Part shown: in pieces, positions 51,760 to 61,506 of the stretch
Numbering within the stretch: position 1 is the first letter of the stretch
Layout: each line of letters begins with the position of its first letter
Assembly (NCBI GenBank): GCA_964632315.1
Contig: CAZWEM010000002.1
Coordinates: 102,734 to 166,733 of the forward strand
Length of the DNA stretch: 64,000 nucleotides
Source of the DNA: an uncultured archaeon
GTDB lineage: Archaea > Asgardarchaeota > Lokiarchaeia > Sigyniarchaeales > SOKP01
Direction: 5' to 3'
Made by a program: the position numbers and the translations under genes
Notes under the pieces: model-generated
What the model was told of the DNA's origin: nothing
Databases searched by the model: none
The model's input: only the letters and a program-made list of their open reading frames with translations

Positions 51760-51825
51760 AAAGATTGAGAAATTTAATAAGGTGAGTATGGAACGGAAAA
51801 AAATAATGAAATATATGTCTCAGAA

Positions 51826-53442
51826 ATGATGGAAAGAATTCGTACTTCTTTAAATCTTCCCGAAAAAGCATACTTTTTTGACACGACTCTTCGGGACGGA
51901 GAACAAACTCCTAGTATTAGTTTTACTCTTGATGAAAAAATTGCAATTGCTAAAGCACTGGATGAGTTAGGAATAGACGTGATCGAAGCGGGATTCCCAA
52001 TCGTATCCGAGGGAGATTTTGAATCCTGTAAAAGGATTGCGAAATTGGGGTTAAGTGCTGAAATAATTGGATTAGCACGTATTAGGAAGGATGATATTGA
52101 TAAAGTGATAGACGCAGATATGGATAGTATTCACGTTTTTATTGCTACATCTGACCTTCACTTGAAAGAAAAACTCCAAATGACCCGAGAAGAAGTTACC
52201 AGCGAAGTAGCAGAGCTAGTGTCCTACGCGAAGGAACATTACTCAACTATAGTATTCTCTGCAGAAGATGCAACTCGCTCAGATTTAGATTATCTTCTCG
52301 AGGTAAATAAGATAGCAGTAGAAAGTGGTGCCACCCGAATTAACATTCCAGACACTGTAGGAACAATTACTCCAAGGGCATACGGATATATAATCAATAA
52401 ACACCATGAAATGTTACCCAATACCATAAGGATCGCAGCACATTGTCATAATGATTTTGGATTAGCTGTTGCTAATACCATTGCAGCTTTTGAGAATGGC
52501 GCTTCTGAAGCACAAACTACGATATTAGGCTTAGGAGAAAGGGCTGGAAATGCCGCATTTGAAGAAACAGCTATGTCTTTATATGCTTTATATCAAATTC
52601 CAATGAATATTAATGTTAAAAAGATTTTTCCAACTGCTAAATTGGTTGAAAGCTTTTGTGGAGGTAAGATCAGAATAGGTCGTCTTAAACCCTTAGTTGG
52701 ACAAAATGCTTTTGCTCATGAATCTGGTATTCATGCTCATGCTATGATTAAAAATGCTAGAGCTTATGAACCAATCACGCCTGAGTTAATAGGGATTAAA
52801 CGTTCTGATGATGTAGAGGAAATCATAAAGCAATCAATTGTACTTGGGAAAGGAACGGGAGGACACGCTCTAAAAGCTAAATTAGATGATTTAGGAATAA
52901 AAGCTACTAAAGACCAATTCGCAGATATTCGAGCACATATTAAAAGATTTGGAGATAAGGGGCACGAAGTTACAGAAGAGGATTTTCACGCAATTGTGAA
53001 AGATGTAATGGGAGAAATTCCTAAAGAGGAACGTTATGTAATCTTGGATGAACTTACAGTATTAACAGGATCTGTAACTCCTACTTCTACAGTCCGTTTG
53101 AAAATCAGAAATGGAGGTATGATAGAAAAAGTTGCCTCAGCGGTCGGAGTAGGTCCAGTTGATGCTTCAGTTAAAGCAATAGTTAAGTGTTTTAAACCAA
53201 TGAACAATATAAAACTGTTAGATTTCCAACTTGATGCTATAACGGGAGGGACTGAGGCTTTGGGACATGTAACAGTGGAAATAATGGATATGCAAACTAA
53301 TTTAATTGTAAAAACTAGTGCAACTCATGAAGACATTGTAATGAGTTCAGTTTTAGCATTAATAAAAGGATTAAATTTAATTGTTAAAAAGTTAAATAGA
53401 GAGAGAAAACTAAGTATAGAAAAAAATGAAAGTAGTGAATAA
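51826..53442 (+). CDS. leuA: 2-isopropylmalate synthase (LeuA/CimA family)
   Basis: DTTLRDGEQ, EAGFP, AEDATR, HCHNDFG, GERAGN, AHESGIH; C-terminal regulatory domain GPVDA; adjacent to leuCD. Confidence 0.88.
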   Translation: MMERIRTSLNLPEKAYFFDTTLRDGEQTPSISFTLDEKIAIAKALDELGIDVIEAGFPIVSEGDFESCKRIAKLGLSAEIIGLARIRKDDIDKVIDADMDSIHVFIATSDLHLKEKLQMTREEVTSEVAELVSYAKEHYSTIVFSAEDATRSDLDYLLEVNKIAVESGATRINIPDTVGTITPRAYGYIINKHHEMLPNTIRIAAHCHNDFGLAVANTIAAFENGASEAQTTILGLGERAGNAAFEETAMSLYALYQIPMNINVKKIFPTAKLVESFCGGKIRIGRLKPLVGQNAFAHESGIHAHAMIKNARAYEPITPELIGIKRSDDVEEIIKQSIVLGKGTGGHALKAKLDDLGIKATKDQFADIRAHIKRFGDKGHEVTEEDFHAIVKDVMGEIPKEERYVILDELTVLTGSVTPTSTVRLKIRNGGMIEKVASAVGVGPVDASVKAIVKCFKPMNNIKLLDFQLDAITGGTEALGHVTVEIMDMQTNLIVKTSATHEDIVMSSVLALIKGLNLIVKKLNRERKLSIEKNESSE

Positions 53443-53445
53443 AAA

Positions 53446-54714
53446 ATGGGATTGACAATTACAGAAAAAATATTTCGAGAGCACTCCAAAGACGCCACTC
53501 TAAATGCAGGCGATTTCGTACTTGTTCGAGTTGACAAATGTTTGGCTAATGATATTACCGCTCCTATAGCGATAGATGTCTTCAATGAGATTGTTAGTGG
53601 TACAAGTAACGAAGTTTTTAATCCAAACAAAATAATTCTAATACCGGATCATTTCACTCCAAATAAAGACATTGCTTCAGCAAAGCAATGCCAAATACTT
53701 CGAAATTTTGCCCTTAAGTACAAAATAAAAAGCTATTTCGAAGTAGGGAGGGGGGGTATCGAGCATTGCCTCATTCCTGAACTAGGTTTAGTCCTTCCAG
53801 GTGATATTTTCATTGGGGCAGATTCTCATACTTGTACTTATGGAGCATTAGGTGCTTTTGCAACAGGTGTTGGGTCGACAGATTTGGGGGTAGCTCTTGC
53901 ATCAGGAAAATGCTGGTTTAAGATTCCAGAGTCTTTAAAGTTAATTTATTCTGGAAAATTAAATAAGTGGGTTTCTGGTAAAGATCTAATATTATACACC
54001 ATTGGTCAGATTGGAGTTGACGGAGCTACTTATAAAGCTATGGAATTTACTGGAAATGTTATTACGAGTTTACCAATGGCAGATCGCTTAACAATGTGTA
54101 ATATGGCCATAGAGGCAGGTGGTAAATCGGGAATTATACCTCCTGACAATATTACCAAGGAATTCCTTGAAAAAAGAGGGTTTTCATCAAATAAAATGTT
54201 TCTGAGTGATTTAGACGCGGATTACATAGAATCAATTGAATTTGAATGTGATAATCTTGAACCCCAAGTTGCATTACCTCATTTACCAGAAAATACAAAA
54301 CCTATTTCAGAAGTTAGTAACGAAAGAATAGAATTGAATCAAGTAGTTATAGGATCATGTACAAATGGAAGAATAGAGGATCTAAGAATAGCAGCCAAAA
54401 TCTTAAAGAATCATAGAATAAAGACAAATTTAAGGTGTATAATAATCCCGGGTACTCAAAATATTTATTTAAAAGCTTTAAAAGAAGGATTAATTGAAAT
54501 CTTTATTAGTGCGGGGGCAATTTTATCCACTCCCACTTGTGGACCCTGCTTAGGAGGGCATATGGGTATCCTAGCTGATGGAGAAGTAGCGTTATCAACA
54601 ACAAATCGTAACTTTAAAGGCAGAATGGGTCATATAAAAAGTGAAGTCTATTTATCAAGTCCTGCAGTTGCTGCTGCTTCTGCTATAGAAGGATATATTA
54701 CATCTCCAGAATAA
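53446..54714 (+). CDS. leuC: 3-isopropylmalate dehydratase large subunit
   Basis: DHF, GADSHTCTYGA, CNMAIEAG, GSCTNGR, CGPCLG, NRNFKGRMG. Confidence 0.93.
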   Translation: MGLTITEKIFREHSKDATLNAGDFVLVRVDKCLANDITAPIAIDVFNEIVSGTSNEVFNPNKIILIPDHFTPNKDIASAKQCQILRNFALKYKIKSYFEVGRGGIEHCLIPELGLVLPGDIFIGADSHTCTYGALGAFATGVGSTDLGVALASGKCWFKIPESLKLIYSGKLNKWVSGKDLILYTIGQIGVDGATYKAMEFTGNVITSLPMADRLTMCNMAIEAGGKSGIIPPDNITKEFLEKRGFSSNKMFLSDLDADYIESIEFECDNLEPQVALPHLPENTKPISEVSNERIELNQVVIGSCTNGRIEDLRIAAKILKNHRIKTNLRCIIIPGTQNIYLKALKEGLIEIFISAGAILSTPTCGPCLGGHMGILADGEVALSTTNRNFKGRMGHIKSEVYLSSPAVAAASAIEGYITSPE

Positions 54715-54736
54715 TTTCGAAATCCAAGTGATATAA

Positions 54737-55237
54737 ATGAAAGGAAAAGTGATTATGTATGACATTAAAAATATTAATACTGATGTAATAATTCCAGCGC
54801 GTTACTTAGTGTCCTCAGCACCAGATCTCTTAGCTCAACATTGTATGGAAGATTTAGATCCTAATTTTATGCTTAAGGTAAAAGAATTTAATTATTCGAT
54901 TTTAGTGACAAATTCTAATTTTGGATGTGGATCGAGTAGAGAACAAGCACCAATCTCTTTAAAAACTGCGGGAATAAAGTGTGTTATAGCCCCATCGTTT
55001 GCAAGAATATTTTTTAGGAATGCTATAAATATAGGGTTACCGATTTTGGAAATAGAAAAAATAAATTTATTAAAATCCGGAGACGATTTGAAGATTGATT
55101 TAACAAGTGGTTTAATTGAGAATCTAACAACTAATATGAAGATTAGAGTTAAAAAAATGCCTAAATTTATTCAAAACATAATAAATTCAAATGGGCTTAT
55201 TAACTATTCTAGAAAATTCCTAATTCCAAAAAACTAA
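54737..55237 (+). CDS. leuD: 3-isopropylmalate dehydratase small subunit
   Basis: NINTDVIIP, NFGCGSSREQA, SFARIFFRNAINIGLP. Confidence 0.93.
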   Translation: MKGKVIMYDIKNINTDVIIPARYLVSSAPDLLAQHCMEDLDPNFMLKVKEFNYSILVTNSNFGCGSSREQAPISLKTAGIKCVIAPSFARIFFRNAINIGLPILEIEKINLLKSGDDLKIDLTSGLIENLTTNMKIRVKKMPKFIQNIINSNGLINYSRKFLIPKN

Positions 55238-55288
55238 AGTTTTATCTAATTTATTTTAGAAGGTTTTAAAAAAAAAAATTAAAAAAAA

Positions 55289-55816
55289 TTATTGCTCAAC
55301 TTCAATAACTTCAGATTTAAATCCCTTTCCACAGTGAATGCAAAACACAAATCCATTAGAAGATAATTGTTGCTTCATATATGGAGTAAACTCGCTTCCA
55401 CATTCATTACAATAAGCTGCATTAGGTCGGATCATATCATAATTATTGGGGGCAGAATATTTAGCTTCTGATATGACTTTTGGTTCAATACCTGGTTCTA
55501 ATTCTTCTGGTTCTTCGGATTTCTCTATTTTCACGGGTTTAGGCTTTCCAGATATCGCATAATATAATTCTTCAAAGATCTTGTATATTCCAATAAAAAT
55601 CGCTTTAAGTAGGTAATAAACTCCCTTCAATACATAATAAACAAGATATGCTGCACCTTTTAATACATAATAAACTAAGATTCCCGCAAGTATTACTACT
55701 GCTACTGCACCAACGATCACCAAAACTTGCCCATACATTGGGATCGATAAAAACCATTCTAAAAATTGCTGCCAATAGAAATTAGCATGTTCTGCAACTT
55801 GATTCCAATCAACCAT
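55289..55816 (-). CDS. Membrane-anchored protein with 11-aa repeats and a C-terminal zinc ribbon
   Basis: TM helix; LVYYVLKG repeated; CNECG...CIHCG. Confidence 0.7.
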   Translation of the reverse strand: MVDWNQVAEHANFYWQQFLEWFLSIPMYGQVLVIVGAVAVVILAGILVYYVLKGAAYLVYYVLKGVYYLLKAIFIGIYKIFEELYYAISGKPKPVKIEKSEEPEELEPGIEPKVISEAKYSAPNNYDMIRPNAAYCNECGSEFTPYMKQQLSSNGFVFCIHCGKGFKSEVIEVEQ

Positions 55817-56027
55817 TTACTAATCACCTTGATTTAGTTAAATTCAATATTTTTAGCTTAATTAAAGGAGGTATTGAATGAATGATAAATAAATTGGAGA
55901 CCAGTTTCTAATTAGGAGTCCAATTTTTAATCAATTGAGAATCATAGATGCAGTTTTATTATAGGATTGCCTACTTGAAAATTAGTTTGTTGAAAATAGT
56001 CCCCTCAGAAACGGAATTATTTAATAA

Positions 56028-57401
56028 TCATAGGTTTTTTCCAAACTCAAACATCATTTTAAGAGCTTTAACTGCCTGATCGATTTGCGTCATAATTGAC
56101 AAAGAATATTTATTTGAATAACTAAGAAAATAATCCAACATCCATCTTGAACCATATACACAAGTAATGATTGGCTTTCTATTCTCCTTAGACAAAGTTC
56201 TCATATCCCTCAGTTGTGGCGTAATTGGAATAGAATATTTTTGGATTGGTATTTTTGGAACTGCAAAAATATTGATTATCCCATCAACATTGGGGTCATT
56301 CATTAATAATTTTAAAGAAGGTCTAAATGTTGAAAAAGAAGAAGGTCCCAAATCAACAGGATTTCTCGCAGAGATCCAGTTAGGTCCTATTGCCTTTATT
56401 TCCTCAACAGTTGCTTTCTTAAGATCTGCTAAATTTAAATTCCATTTATAAATCAAATCACAAGTTAATGCACCCAAACTCCCAGAAGAAGTGATAACCG
56501 CAATATTTTTTCCTTTTGGAATCGGTTGTGTAGCAAAGGCATTTGCGATATTAAACATTTCATAAAAATTCTCAACCCGGTATATCCCTCGGAATTGCTT
56601 TATCAAAGAATCGAATATTTTATCATTACCAGCAATTGATCCCGTATGACTTCTAATAGCTTTTGTACCAATTTTGCTACGCCCATTTTTCATGATCAAA
56701 ACTGGTTTGGACATTGATTTCATTGTTGAAATAAATTCTGCTCCACGCTTTACTCCTTCTAAATATAAAACAATTACCTTGGTTTCAGGATCTTTTTCTA
56801 GGTATGTAAGAATATCGATTTCGTCCACATCGACTTTATTACCTAATGTGATTATTTTACTTAAACCAATCTTTTGACTCGCTGCCCAATCTACAAAAAT
56901 ATTTCCCAAAACACCCGATTGTGCTATTACTGAAATAGTTCCTTTTTCTACAGCTTCACTAAAATTAACTTCAGTAGTCGTGAATTGATTCCAAAAATTA
57001 GTAACACCAACACAATTAGGGCCGATGATCCTCACGCTGTTATTTTTTGCGATTTCTTCAATATCTTTTTGAATCTTAGAGAGCGTGTTATCTCCAGTTT
57101 CAGAAAAACCCGCACTTTCAATTATTATTCCTTTTACGCCTTTTTTCACGCAATCTTGAACTGATTCTAAAACATTTTCATTTTTAACGACTACAATCGC
57201 CAATTCAATTTTTTCGTGGATGCTGTTAACATTTTTATATGCTTTATGTCCAAAGACTTGATCTTTACTAATGTTTATAGGAAATGTTTTGAAACTTGAA
57301 TTTAGTAGATATTTCGTCATAGAATGACCAAATTTGATAGATTCTGAAGCACCAATAATAGCAATTGAGTTAGGATGGAAAAATACTTCTAGTTCACTCA
57401 T
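56028..57401 (-). CDS. acdA: ADP-forming acyl-CoA synthetase alpha subunit
   Basis: IGAS, SAGFSE, IGPNC, QSG, GNKVD, YLEG, SHTGSIAG (phospho-His), NPVD. Confidence 0.88.
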   Translation of the reverse strand: MSELEVFFHPNSIAIIGASESIKFGHSMTKYLLNSSFKTFPINISKDQVFGHKAYKNVNSIHEKIELAIVVVKNENVLESVQDCVKKGVKGIIIESAGFSETGDNTLSKIQKDIEEIAKNNSVRIIGPNCVGVTNFWNQFTTTEVNFSEAVEKGTISVIAQSGVLGNIFVDWAASQKIGLSKIITLGNKVDVDEIDILTYLEKDPETKVIVLYLEGVKRGAEFISTMKSMSKPVLIMKNGRSKIGTKAIRSHTGSIAGNDKIFDSLIKQFRGIYRVENFYEMFNIANAFATQPIPKGKNIAVITSSGSLGALTCDLIYKWNLNLADLKKATVEEIKAIGPNWISARNPVDLGPSSFSTFRPSLKLLMNDPNVDGIINIFAVPKIPIQKYSIPITPQLRDMRTLSKENRKPIITCVYGSRWMLDYFLSYSNKYSLSIMTQIDQAVKALKMMFEFGKNL

Positions 57402-57526
57402 TTAGTTCACAATCAGATAAGAAAGATTTGCTAGTAATCATGCTTCATTACAATTAAGTATTTAGTTTGAAATCTGTGATGTTTAAATTTGTATATCTAA
57501 AAGAATGTAAAATAGGGTGGATATTT

Positions 57527-57946
57527 CTGAGTGAAATAAAGCAGATTAATAGGAAATTTAGAAAGGTTTTGATTACATGTCCTATTTGTAAAACTAAAAA
57601 AGAAGTTAAAATACCGTTAAGGATAATCGATGAGACTAGACAATTAACAACGGTTTCAATCCCCCGTGGAATAAGTTGTGAGCATCATTATCAACTTTTT
57701 ATTGATAAAAATTATGACATACGTGGATATCAAAAAGTAGATTTCGAAGTATGTAATAATAAAAATAAACTTAATAAAATGAGTTTAAAAGAGATTTATG
57801 AAGAGTTCTGGGAATATATTGATGATGAAAATACAAAGTTTAAATCCTTCGTATTGAAAGATAGCAGAAGAAATAGTTATATCAAGAAAAAAGAGTTATT
57901 CATTAGAGAGATAACAACTGAAAATATCCATAAAAGTTCAATATAA
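57527..57946 (+). CDS. CPxC...CxH zinc-finger hypothetical protein (paralog of 27033 ORF); probable CTG start at 57527, track gives 57467
   Basis: TCPICK.KKEVKIP...CEHHYQLFID..YDIRGYQKVD; GGGTGG SD 6 nt before CTG. Confidence 0.7.
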   Translation: MSEIKQINRKFRKVLITCPICKTKKEVKIPLRIIDETRQLTTVSIPRGISCEHHYQLFIDKNYDIRGYQKVDFEVCNNKNKLNKMSLKEIYEEFWEYIDDENTKFKSFVLKDSRRNSYIKKKELFIREITTENIHKSSI

Positions 57947-58096
57947 GGGAACTTAGTGAGCAATACTTTATAAGTAGAAAATCCTATTAATCTTTTAAGA
58001 ATTTTAGATGATATATTATTAATATTATTGTCGATTTAATTATTCAATAGATTAGATCCTTCAATAAAGCGATTCTTTATTAGAGAGTTATGATCG

Positions 58097-59251
58097 ATGA
58101 ATTTAGGTGGATTAATAACAAAAGAGTTTGGAAGAATTCGATCAGATAAACGGACTCTAATCTTAATATTCATAATTCCAATTATCTTAATCGTGATTTT
58201 TGGCCTTACGACAGGGGGAGGACCTACTAAATTTTTTAATGGGGCGATAATCACTCAAGATGACATGCCTACTTATGACACCTTTCCGGCAAATTCCTCT
58301 ACATTTGACGAGACTTTTATTTCAGTAATGAGAGATAATACCACATCCTGGGATTTATACCAATATTTTAATACAACAACGATTGAAGAATATCAAGAAG
58401 CATTTGATAAGTGCATTTATTTTCTAAAGAATGAGTTGATTGATGTTTTTATCGTCCTCCCAAAGAATTTTTCCGAATCTATTCAATACAATACTAATCC
58501 TGTTATTTTTTATTATATTGACGGAACAGACATTGGTGCTATTGATGCTGTAGAAGTCGCATTGCAGGAACCAATCGCCATGTTTAGAGTAGAGTCTAAT
58601 TTATTAACAAATTTTACCATGATGGTACCTCACCTTGAATTTGGACCTCCTTCCTGGGAATCTCAAGTATTAAATTATGCATTACCATTAATACTTCCCA
58701 TTATAATCGTTGCTACAACCATGAATTTAACTGCTTTAAGTATAGTATCTGAAAAACCCCTTCCACGAATGTTAATAACGCCAACGACTAAAAGAGACAT
58801 CCTTCTCAGCAAGATAATTGCGAATTCAGCAATAATGATTTTACAAGCAACTGAAATCTTTATTATGACGGCATTTTTCGGATTATATAGTCTTGGTTCA
58901 CTATTCAACTTATATCTTGTATTAATTATGATTGGATTTAGCGGGATTTGCATTGGGTTATTTATATCCGCTATAAGCCCGACTGAACAAGGTGCTAATC
59001 AGATGTATATGATGATTTTCATTGTGATAATTATATTTTCGGGGACGATATTACCTGCCGAGGCTTTAGGCAGCTCAATGGGATTTATAATAGAGATCTT
59101 TCCGCTTAGTCATTCAAGTATTTTAATAAGAGATATAACGATGAGAGGTTTAAGTTTTAATGCTGAGCACGTAATAAAGTTGAATCTTATTTCTCTAGTT
59201 TTTTTATTTTTGGCTTATATAAGTTATAAATTCAAGAAACTAGAGGTGTAA
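58097..59251 (+). CDS. ABC-2 type permease with large extracellular domain
   Basis: KEF..I..D.R, TM1, extracellular loop with N-x-S/T sequons, 5 further TM, R.LITP, FSG...P. Confidence 0.88.
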   Translation: MNLGGLITKEFGRIRSDKRTLILIFIIPIILIVIFGLTTGGGPTKFFNGAIITQDDMPTYDTFPANSSTFDETFISVMRDNTTSWDLYQYFNTTTIEEYQEAFDKCIYFLKNELIDVFIVLPKNFSESIQYNTNPVIFYYIDGTDIGAIDAVEVALQEPIAMFRVESNLLTNFTMMVPHLEFGPPSWESQVLNYALPLILPIIIVATTMNLTALSIVSEKPLPRMLITPTTKRDILLSKIIANSAIMILQATEIFIMTAFFGLYSLGSLFNLYLVLIMIGFSGICIGLFISAISPTEQGANQMYMMIFIVIIIFSGTILPAEALGSSMGFIIEIFPLSHSSILIRDITMRGLSFNAEHVIKLNLISLVFLFLAYISYKFKKLEV

Positions 59252-59255
59252 AAAA

Positions 59256-60476
59256 ATAAGTAATCCTAATCATCGAATTAAGTGGATTAACTTCATTGCT
59301 AATATTAAGGTAAGAATTCTACGCATCCTAAACCAAGTCAAAAAAGAATTTCGGATGTTGTGGACAGATAAATTTAACTTATTTATCGCTTTAGTAGTTC
59401 CTCCTTTGATTGTAGCACTTTTAGGGATATTAGGAAATCTTTCAAGTGATGTTGAAGTGTCTCCCATTAAATGCGTGTTGGTTTCTTACGATTCTGATAC
59501 TTTCATCAATGAAAATAATTTTACTGAATCAAAATTAGATGATTTTCAATTACCATATATTAACGCTGTTAACGATTCTGATTTATTGAATTTAATAAGA
59601 TTTTATAATGCTAGCAAGGAAATTTATGCCATGGAAATGGCAAGAGAGCAGCTTATCCAGAAACAAATTGAAATTATTATTACAATCCCAGTTGATTTTA
59701 GCGAGTTAATAGATTGGGGCTATCCGGGATTAATAGATTGTATAGTAGATTCGTCAGATCCCACCCAAATTCAAACCAGTCTTAATGCTGTATTTGATTC
59801 AATTAAAATTTTCATAAATGATAATAATTTAACTCCTGAGTTCGAGCTGACTGGTTTTGAAGAATTTTCAATTCCAGGGAATTATAATGCTAAGTTTAAT
59901 AATTCCATAGTCATGGCTTTATCATTCATGGTAATTGGGGTTGGTATGGTATTGACTATTTTAGTTATTGTTCAAGAAAAACCAATAGCTCGATTACTTC
60001 TCACTCCCGTCAAAAGAAGTGAAATCTTATCAGCTAAATACATAACTTATACATTAGTTTTAGTAATTCAAAACATTTCACTTGTAGCCACTGCTCTTTC
60101 ATTTAATTTGTACATCGCAGGTTCAGTTTTTGATCTGTTTCTCGCATTATTCATATTAGGATTTTCAGGTTTGTCATTAGGAATTTTTATAAGTTCAAAC
60201 TCAAAAACGAAAACTGAAGCTAATCAGCTATTTTTTGCAGTATTTTTGGTATTAGTATTATTAAGTGGAACGTTCATACCAATCAGTGCAATGCCTATTT
60301 ACTTACAAGCAATCGCATACATCTTACCACTTTCACATGGGGATCCCCTAATAAGGGGGATCATTACCAAGGGAAAGTCAATATTTGGATTTGATTTCTA
60401 TGTGCTGCTGATCGTGAGTATCATTTTGATAATTCTTTCATTCATCTTATTTAAACGGAGAAAGTATGAGGTGTGA
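59256..60476 (+). CDS. ABC-2 type permease, second subunit; probable ATA start at 59256, track gives 59355
   Basis: Family motif VKKEFR lies upstream of the ATG at 59355; GAGGTG SD 7 nt before ATA; in-frame TAG at 59241. Confidence 0.85.
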   Translation: MSNPNHRIKWINFIANIKVRILRILNQVKKEFRMLWTDKFNLFIALVVPPLIVALLGILGNLSSDVEVSPIKCVLVSYDSDTFINENNFTESKLDDFQLPYINAVNDSDLLNLIRFYNASKEIYAMEMAREQLIQKQIEIIITIPVDFSELIDWGYPGLIDCIVDSSDPTQIQTSLNAVFDSIKIFINDNNLTPEFELTGFEEFSIPGNYNAKFNNSIVMALSFMVIGVGMVLTILVIVQEKPIARLLLTPVKRSEILSAKYITYTLVLVIQNISLVATALSFNLYIAGSVFDLFLALFILGFSGLSLGIFISSNSKTKTEANQLFFAVFLVLVLLSGTFIPISAMPIYLQAIAYILPLSHGDPLIRGIITKGKSIFGFDFYVLLIVSIILIILSFILFKRRKYEV

Positions 60477-61506
60477 TATAGTGATTCATGATAACGATCT
60501 AATGGTGGAAGTTAAAGATTTAAACGTCAGTTTCGGAAAGAAACACATAGTTCACGATGTTTCGTTTGATGTTAAAAAAGGGGAGATTATAGGAATGTTC
60601 GGGATATCAGGAGCAGGGAAAACAACTATTATCCGAGTCCTCACATGTCAGATAGAAAAAAAGAATTGGGAAGGAAGGGTTTATATAACTGGATTAAATC
60701 CTGAAAATAAAAAGGAACATTCCAAAATCTTGAGTAATATTGGATACGTTCCTCAACTTGAAGAGCTTAACTTATATTATGAATTAAGTCCTTTTGCTAA
60801 TGTTGACATTTTTGCCTCTACTTATGGGAAAGAAAAAAGAGAGGCGAGAAGAATAGCTGAAAGGTTTTTTAGCATTCTTGATATCCCTGAAGATACTTGG
60901 AATAAAAGAGTTAAGCAAATGAGCGGAGGAGAAAAAAAGAGACTTTCAATGGCAATAGGATTGATTCATAACCCGGGCGTACTTTTCCTTGATGAGCCCA
61001 CAACAGGCGTAGACGCATCTAAACGATATCAAATACTTAGTTACTTAAAGAAGCTTAATCAAAAACTTCAAACAACGATGTTCATAATTACACACGATTT
61101 AGAGGCGGCTCTGATCTGTGATAAAGCAGCGATATTAAGAAAGGGTAGGATGCTTGATTTTGATTCCCCCAAAACTCTAATTCGTTCCCTTCCAAGCGAA
61201 GGCAACATTGCTAGAATTACCATTGAAAATTTAAATGAAAAAATTATTGAATCGATTAAGAAATTTCAACCAATTAAAAAATTATTGCGTGTTGGAAATG
61301 ATGTAATTGAAATTATGATGAACGATTTTGATTCGAATCTTCCAAAATTAATACAATCTATTATAGATAAACAAGCAAATATAACTGGCATGAGTAGAGA
61401 TTTAGCCAGTTTTCGCAGATATTTTCAAATTAGGGTTCAAGAGGAAGAAGAAAAGGAACTTGATTTATATTCTAATGAAAACATAGCTATTGGTGTTTCT
61501 GAGTGA
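60466..61506 (+). CDS. ABC exporter ATP-binding protein (start may be GTG 60481)
   Basis: GISGAGKTT, MSGGEKKR, FLDEPT, ITH. Confidence 0.92.
   Translation: MRCDIVIHDNDLMVEVKDLNVSFGKKHIVHDVSFDVKKGEIIGMFGISGAGKTTIIRVLTCQIEKKNWEGRVYITGLNPENKKEHSKILSNIGYVPQLEELNLYYELSPFANVDIFASTYGKEKREARRIAERFFSILDIPEDTWNKRVKQMSGGEKKRLSMAIGLIHNPGVLFLDEPTTGVDASKRYQILSYLKKLNQKLQTTMFIITHDLEAALICDKAAILRKGRMLDFDSPKTLIRSLPSEGNIARITIENLNEKIIESIKKFQPIKKLLRVGNDVIEIMMNDFDSNLPKLIQSIIDKQANITGMSRDLASFRRYFQIRVQEEEEKELDLYSNENIAIGVSE

Noticed and set aside
2930-59467. Numerous 60-136 aa ORFs overlapping larger genes (e.g. 2930, 9811, 10486, 14105, 21854, 37885, 38963, 41815, 53325, 59270)
   Set aside because: Antisense or alternate-frame shadows of well-supported genes, with no motifs.
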